A program made the position numbers and the translations under genes. A stretch of DNA of 64,000 nt from positions 224,001 through 288,000 of the forward strand of contig CBDBEV010000001.1 in the NCBI GenBank assembly GCA_965204535.1, in the 5' to 3' direction. Position 1 is the stretch's first letter. Each line of letters begins with the position of its first letter. Positions 60,706-64,000 of the stretch are shown piece after piece. Source of the stretch: a bacterium (GTDB lineage: Bacteria; UBA8248). Under the pieces are notes generated by a model. It did no database searches and was not told the origin of the DNA. It worked only from the letters and a program-made list of their open reading frames with translations.

Positions 60706-61851
60706 TCAGTTGAGCAGGTGCTTGGCGATGACCTGGCGGAGGATCTCGTTCGTCCCCTCGTATATCTGCGTCACCTTCGAAGCCCGGTAGAAGCGTTCCA
60801 CGGGATACTCGCGCATGTAGCCGTTGCCCCCGTGGAGTTGCACGCCCTCTTCGGCGTTTCGCTGGGCGGCGTCGGTGGCGAAGACCTTGGCGATGGCGGA
60901 TTCGGCCGAATAGGGCGCGCCCGCCGCCTTGAGCCGCGCCGCCTTCAAGGTAAGCAGCCGCGCGCCGTGGACGCGCACGGCCATGTCGGCGAGTTTCCAC
61001 GCAACAGGCTGGTGATCCTTGATCGGGACGCCGAACGTCTCGCGCTCGCGCGCATAGGCCACTGAGGCGTCGAGGCATGCGCGCGCGAAGCCGAGCCCCT
61101 GGGCCGCGACGATGATGCGCCCCGAATCGAGGATGCGCATCGCAAGCTCGAACCCCTGCCCCTCCTCCCCCATGCGGTTCGCCTCGGGCAATTCCACGGC
61201 GTCGAAGCGAAGCTCCGATATCGAACACCCGTGCATCCCCATCTTGTCCTCGCTGCGCACGACCTCGAAACCCTGGGCGTCGCGCGGCACCAGGAAAGCG
61301 CTCAGCCCCTTGTGGCGCATGGCGCGATCCGTCACCGCGAAGAGAAGGCACAGGCCCGACTGCTTGCCGCTGGTGATGAAGCGCTTGACGCCGTTGATGC
61401 GGTAAACGTCTCCCTCGCGCACGGCGGTGGTGGTGAGCGAGGCGGCGTCCGAACCCGCTCCGGGCTCCGTCAGGGCGAAGGCGCCGATGCACTCCCCGCT
61501 CGCCAGACCGCGCAGGAACTTTTTCTTTTGCCCCTCGCTCCCGAAGCGATGGACCGGCTCGCAGACCAGGGAATTGTGCGCGGCGAAAATCGCGCTCGTC
61601 GAAGGACACGCGGCGGCGACTTCTTCTGTCGCCAGCGCCATCGAGACCGGGTCCGCACCCCCTCCGCCGTAGGAATCCGGCACGGTGAGGCCCATCAGCC
61701 CAAGCTCGCCCATGCTCTTCACGACCTCCGCCGGGAAGCGGCCCTCGTCTATATCCGCCGCCTGTGGAGCGATTTCGCGCTCGCAGAAATCGCGCACCAT
61801 ATCGCGCACCATCTTCTGCTCTTCGTTCAAAAAACCATTTTCCTGCATCAC
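60706..61851 (-). CDS. Acyl-CoA dehydrogenase (short/branched-chain type)
   Basis: FALTEPGAGSD, GVKRFIT, RETFG, QLHGGNGY, IYEGTNEI. Confidence 0.93.
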   Translation of the reverse strand: MMQENGFLNEEQKMVRDMVRDFCEREIAPQAADIDEGRFPAEVVKSMGELGLMGLTVPDSYGGGGADPVSMALATEEVAAACPSTSAIFAAHNSLVCEPVHRFGSEGQKKKFLRGLASGECIGAFALTEPGAGSDAASLTTTAVREGDVYRINGVKRFITSGKQSGLCLLFAVTDRAMRHKGLSAFLVPRDAQGFEVVRSEDKMGMHGCSISELRFDAVELPEANRMGEEGQGFELAMRILDSGRIIVAAQGLGFARACLDASVAYARERETFGVPIKDHQPVAWKLADMAVRVHGARLLTLKAARLKAAGAPYSAESAIAKVFATDAAQRNAEEGVQLHGGNGYMREYPVERFYRASKVTQIYEGTNEILRQVIAKHLLN

Positions 61852-62029
61852 CCGTCTCTCCTGCAGCGCACGCGCCCGTCAGCACTTTCTCAGGACGACA
61901 ATGTAGCAGGCCCTTGCCGGAAAATCACCCAAGCGGCATCATGCGGATGAAATCGAACGAAATACGGATTCACCACCTGGATGACTCCCTGAAGTTCCAG
62001 GGAATAGATGCGACAAATAGGAGAAGAAC

Positions 62030-63010
62030 ATGGCGGAAACCATTGGCGTGCTCACGAGAGAGGACGTACTCGATAACCTCAAGAACCTGCGCGAGACGCA
62101 GGAGGTCGATTTTTCAGCCTTTTATTCGAGCCACCTGGGCGGCGTGGTGACGGACCCCGCCCTCATGGTCATCCCCTTCGACGACCACATGGTCCACCGG
62201 GGCCACGGTATCTTCGACACGGCGGCCATCATCGAGGGGAAGATATACGACCTCGAAAACCACCTGGACCGCTTCATCCGCTCGGCGGAGGCGTCGAAAC
62301 TCGAACTGCCGAGCCGCGAGGAGATGCGCGAGATCGTCATCCGCACGAGCGCCCTCTCGGGCCGCCGCGAAGGGTCGATCCGCTATTGGGCCTCATCGGG
62401 AACGGGCAACCTGGGGCTGATACCGGCAGGCGACGCCAAGCCCGCCTTTTTCGTGATGATCTTCGGCGGCCTCGACTATCCCGAGCGCTACTACGCCGAG
62501 GGCATGAAGGTGATGACAACCACCTACCCCATCAAGCCGCCGCTCTACGCCGTCACGAAGAGCACGAACTACCTGCCCAACACTCTCATGCAGATGGAGG
62601 CGAAAGAACACGGGCTCGACAACGGCATCTTCGTGGACGAGGCCGGCAACGTGGGCGAGGGTTCAAACATGAACTGCGCCTTCGTGACGAACGATCGCGT
62701 GCTGCGGCATCCCAGGTTCGAGAACATCCTCTCCGGCTGCACCGTGAAGCGGCTTCTCGAACTCGCGAGCCGCCTCGTGGATGTGGGCGTCATCGCCGAC
62801 GTGGTGGTGGACGACATTCCGGTGGCCGAGGCCAAGGCGTCCGCCGAGATGATGCTCATCGGAAGCTCGATATACGTCGCCCCTGTCGTGCAGTGGGACG
62901 ATCAAATCATCGGGGACGGCAAGCCCGGTCCGGTGACGAAGGCGATGCGCGAGTTGCTGGAGGAGGACATGCGCTCGGGCGAGGGGATGCTCATCGACGT
63001 GCCGTATTAG
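62030..63010 (+). CDS. Class IV PLP aminotransferase, plant DAT1/ADC-lyase-like
   Basis: DDHMVHRGHGIFDT, HLDR, KSTNYLPN, EGSNMN, ILSGCT. Confidence 0.88.
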   Translation: MAETIGVLTREDVLDNLKNLRETQEVDFSAFYSSHLGGVVTDPALMVIPFDDHMVHRGHGIFDTAAIIEGKIYDLENHLDRFIRSAEASKLELPSREEMREIVIRTSALSGRREGSIRYWASSGTGNLGLIPAGDAKPAFFVMIFGGLDYPERYYAEGMKVMTTTYPIKPPLYAVTKSTNYLPNTLMQMEAKEHGLDNGIFVDEAGNVGEGSNMNCAFVTNDRVLRHPRFENILSGCTVKRLLELASRLVDVGVIADVVVDDIPVAEAKASAEMMLIGSSIYVAPVVQWDDQIIGDGKPGPVTKAMRELLEEDMRSGEGMLIDVPY

Positions 63011-63050
63011 TTCTTCCGAAATCCGCAAGGCTGTTTCGATGACCTCTTTG

Positions 63051-63173
63051 GGGGTTGTTGGAAAGCCCGAATTTCGTTATTCGGTTCGACAGATGTGAAG
63101 TTGTAGGGGTCGCATATATGCGACCCGGCTTTTTACGCCTGCCGACCATGGGCCGCATATATGCGGCCACTAC
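63051..63173. repeat. Lone TIR-like end plus REP doublet
   Basis: GGGGTTGTTGGAAAG at 63051; GTAG-REP doublet at 63103-63173 nearly identical to 6979-7048. Confidence 0.8.
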
Positions 63174-63231
63174 ACAACCAATCATACCTGCTCGCATCGG
63201 GCCGGGTGCGTGCGATCCGGGGATTTTTCGT

Positions 63232-64000
63232 TCAACCTCGCCTTCCTTTCGCAAGGGTTTTAAAAATCTCAAAAAATTTCGCCAGGGAGTTTCGCCCCCT
63301 GGAGTCCCGAGGCAAAGAGGTAAGGATTCGGGGAGCGAGCGTCCGGGCGACTCGAAACCCGATGGTGGTGTTCCGTCCCGCAGCACTCCAGAAGCGAAAC
63401 GCGGAGCGGAGGTGCCACGGTTCGAGAACCCAGGAACCGCCGCGCACGACGCGGCGACTGCAATCACCGCTCCTCCTGGCACTCCCGTCCACCGGCGCGC
63501 CCACATAACGCTCGTTCCAGCAGTCCTCCACCCACTCCATTACGTTGCCAAGCACGTCGTGGAGACCGAACGGGTTCGCCGAAAAAGAACCCACAGGAGC
63601 GGTATTCACGAAACCATCACGGCAGGGCGCCACCTCCCCGATTTTGCTGATTCGCGCCTTGAGCGTCCCGTCGGCCCCGTTCGCGTGCGCGCACTGCGCA
63701 AATCCAAATGCATCGTCCCCCCAATAGCGAGACGCGCGGGTACCCCCGCGCGCCGCGTATTCCCACTCCGCCTCGCTCAGCAGGCGATACCGCTTCCCCG
63801 TCTTCTCCGAAAGCCAATTCACGTAGGCCTGCGCGGCATGCCAACCCACGTTGATGACGGGGCGTCGCCCACGTCCCCAGCCATGATCACGCGGCCGGTG
63901 ACCGCCGCAGCCTCCGTCCGTCACGCAAGCGTCCCACTCCGCGAACGTCACCTCGTACTTGCCCACGGCGAAGGGTTTGGGGAGCGTGACGCGATGGCGG
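63232..64000 (-). CDS. FGE/SUMF1 (CLec-fold) domain protein, 5' truncated by window edge
   Basis: KYEVT, RPVINV, RLLSEAEWEYAAR, NPFGLHDVLGNVMEW, RGGSW, GFRVAR; frame open to the window end. Confidence 0.9.
   Translation of the reverse strand, partial: RHRVTLPKPFAVGKYEVTFAEWDACVTDGGCGGHRPRDHGWGRGRRPVINVGWHAAQAYVNWLSEKTGKRYRLLSEAEWEYAARGGTRASRYWGDDAFGFAQCAHANGADGTLKARISKIGEVAPCRDGFVNTAPVGSFSANPFGLHDVLGNVMEWVEDCWNERYVGAPVDGSARRSGDCSRRVVRGGSWVLEPWHLRSAFRFWSAAGRNTTIGFRVARTLAPRILTSLPRDSRGRNSLAKFFEIFKTLAKGRRG

Noticed and set aside
63232-64000. True formylglycine-generating enzyme
   Set aside because: The catalytic Cys pair after RGGS is absent (RGGSWVLEPWHLRS)

Overview
GC-rich bacterial chromosomal window, densely coding (about 65 CDS, 1 tRNA), with no prophage, CRISPR array or transposase. 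It has four parts. (1) ~1-27 kb is an accessory catabolic region: NitT/TauT ABC parts, two related cupins, a Rieske ferredoxin, an amidohydrolase with oxygenase-type metal ligands, three amidase-signature enzymes, AcuI, a cytoplasmic BisC-type Mo enzyme abutting a three-domain Rid protein, a dialkylglycine-decarboxylase-like PLP enzyme and three Gfo/Idh/MocA oxidoreductases. (2) ~27-37 kb is a housekeeping run on the minus strand: trpF-trpB-trpA-leuC-leuD-leuB-asd-mtnP-hemL-ftsB-tRNA-fMet. (3) ~37-45 kb is a Liv-type ABC transporter with three tandem paralogous binding proteins. (4) ~45-64 kb is mixed: moaDE, MidA-like methyltransferase, recJ, dacB, a UGA-interrupted UxxC peroxiredoxin-like selenoprotein, a peptide ABC transporter, a diheme lipoprotein, FadF-like protein, plant-type D-amino-acid transaminase, and an FGE/CLec protein whose 3' end looks like a DGR target. 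Intergenic spaces hold a family of short elements that share one 15-16 bp terminal inverted repeat but carry different palindromic cargo (GTAG-REPs), once nested. Leading candidates for new biology: the Mo-enzyme/Arg-less triple-Rid pair, the Rieske plus amidohydrolase-fold oxygenase, the shared-TIR/variable-cargo elements, the hidden selenoprotein and the orphan DGR-like target. All functional calls come from motifs recognised by eye; no database search was run.
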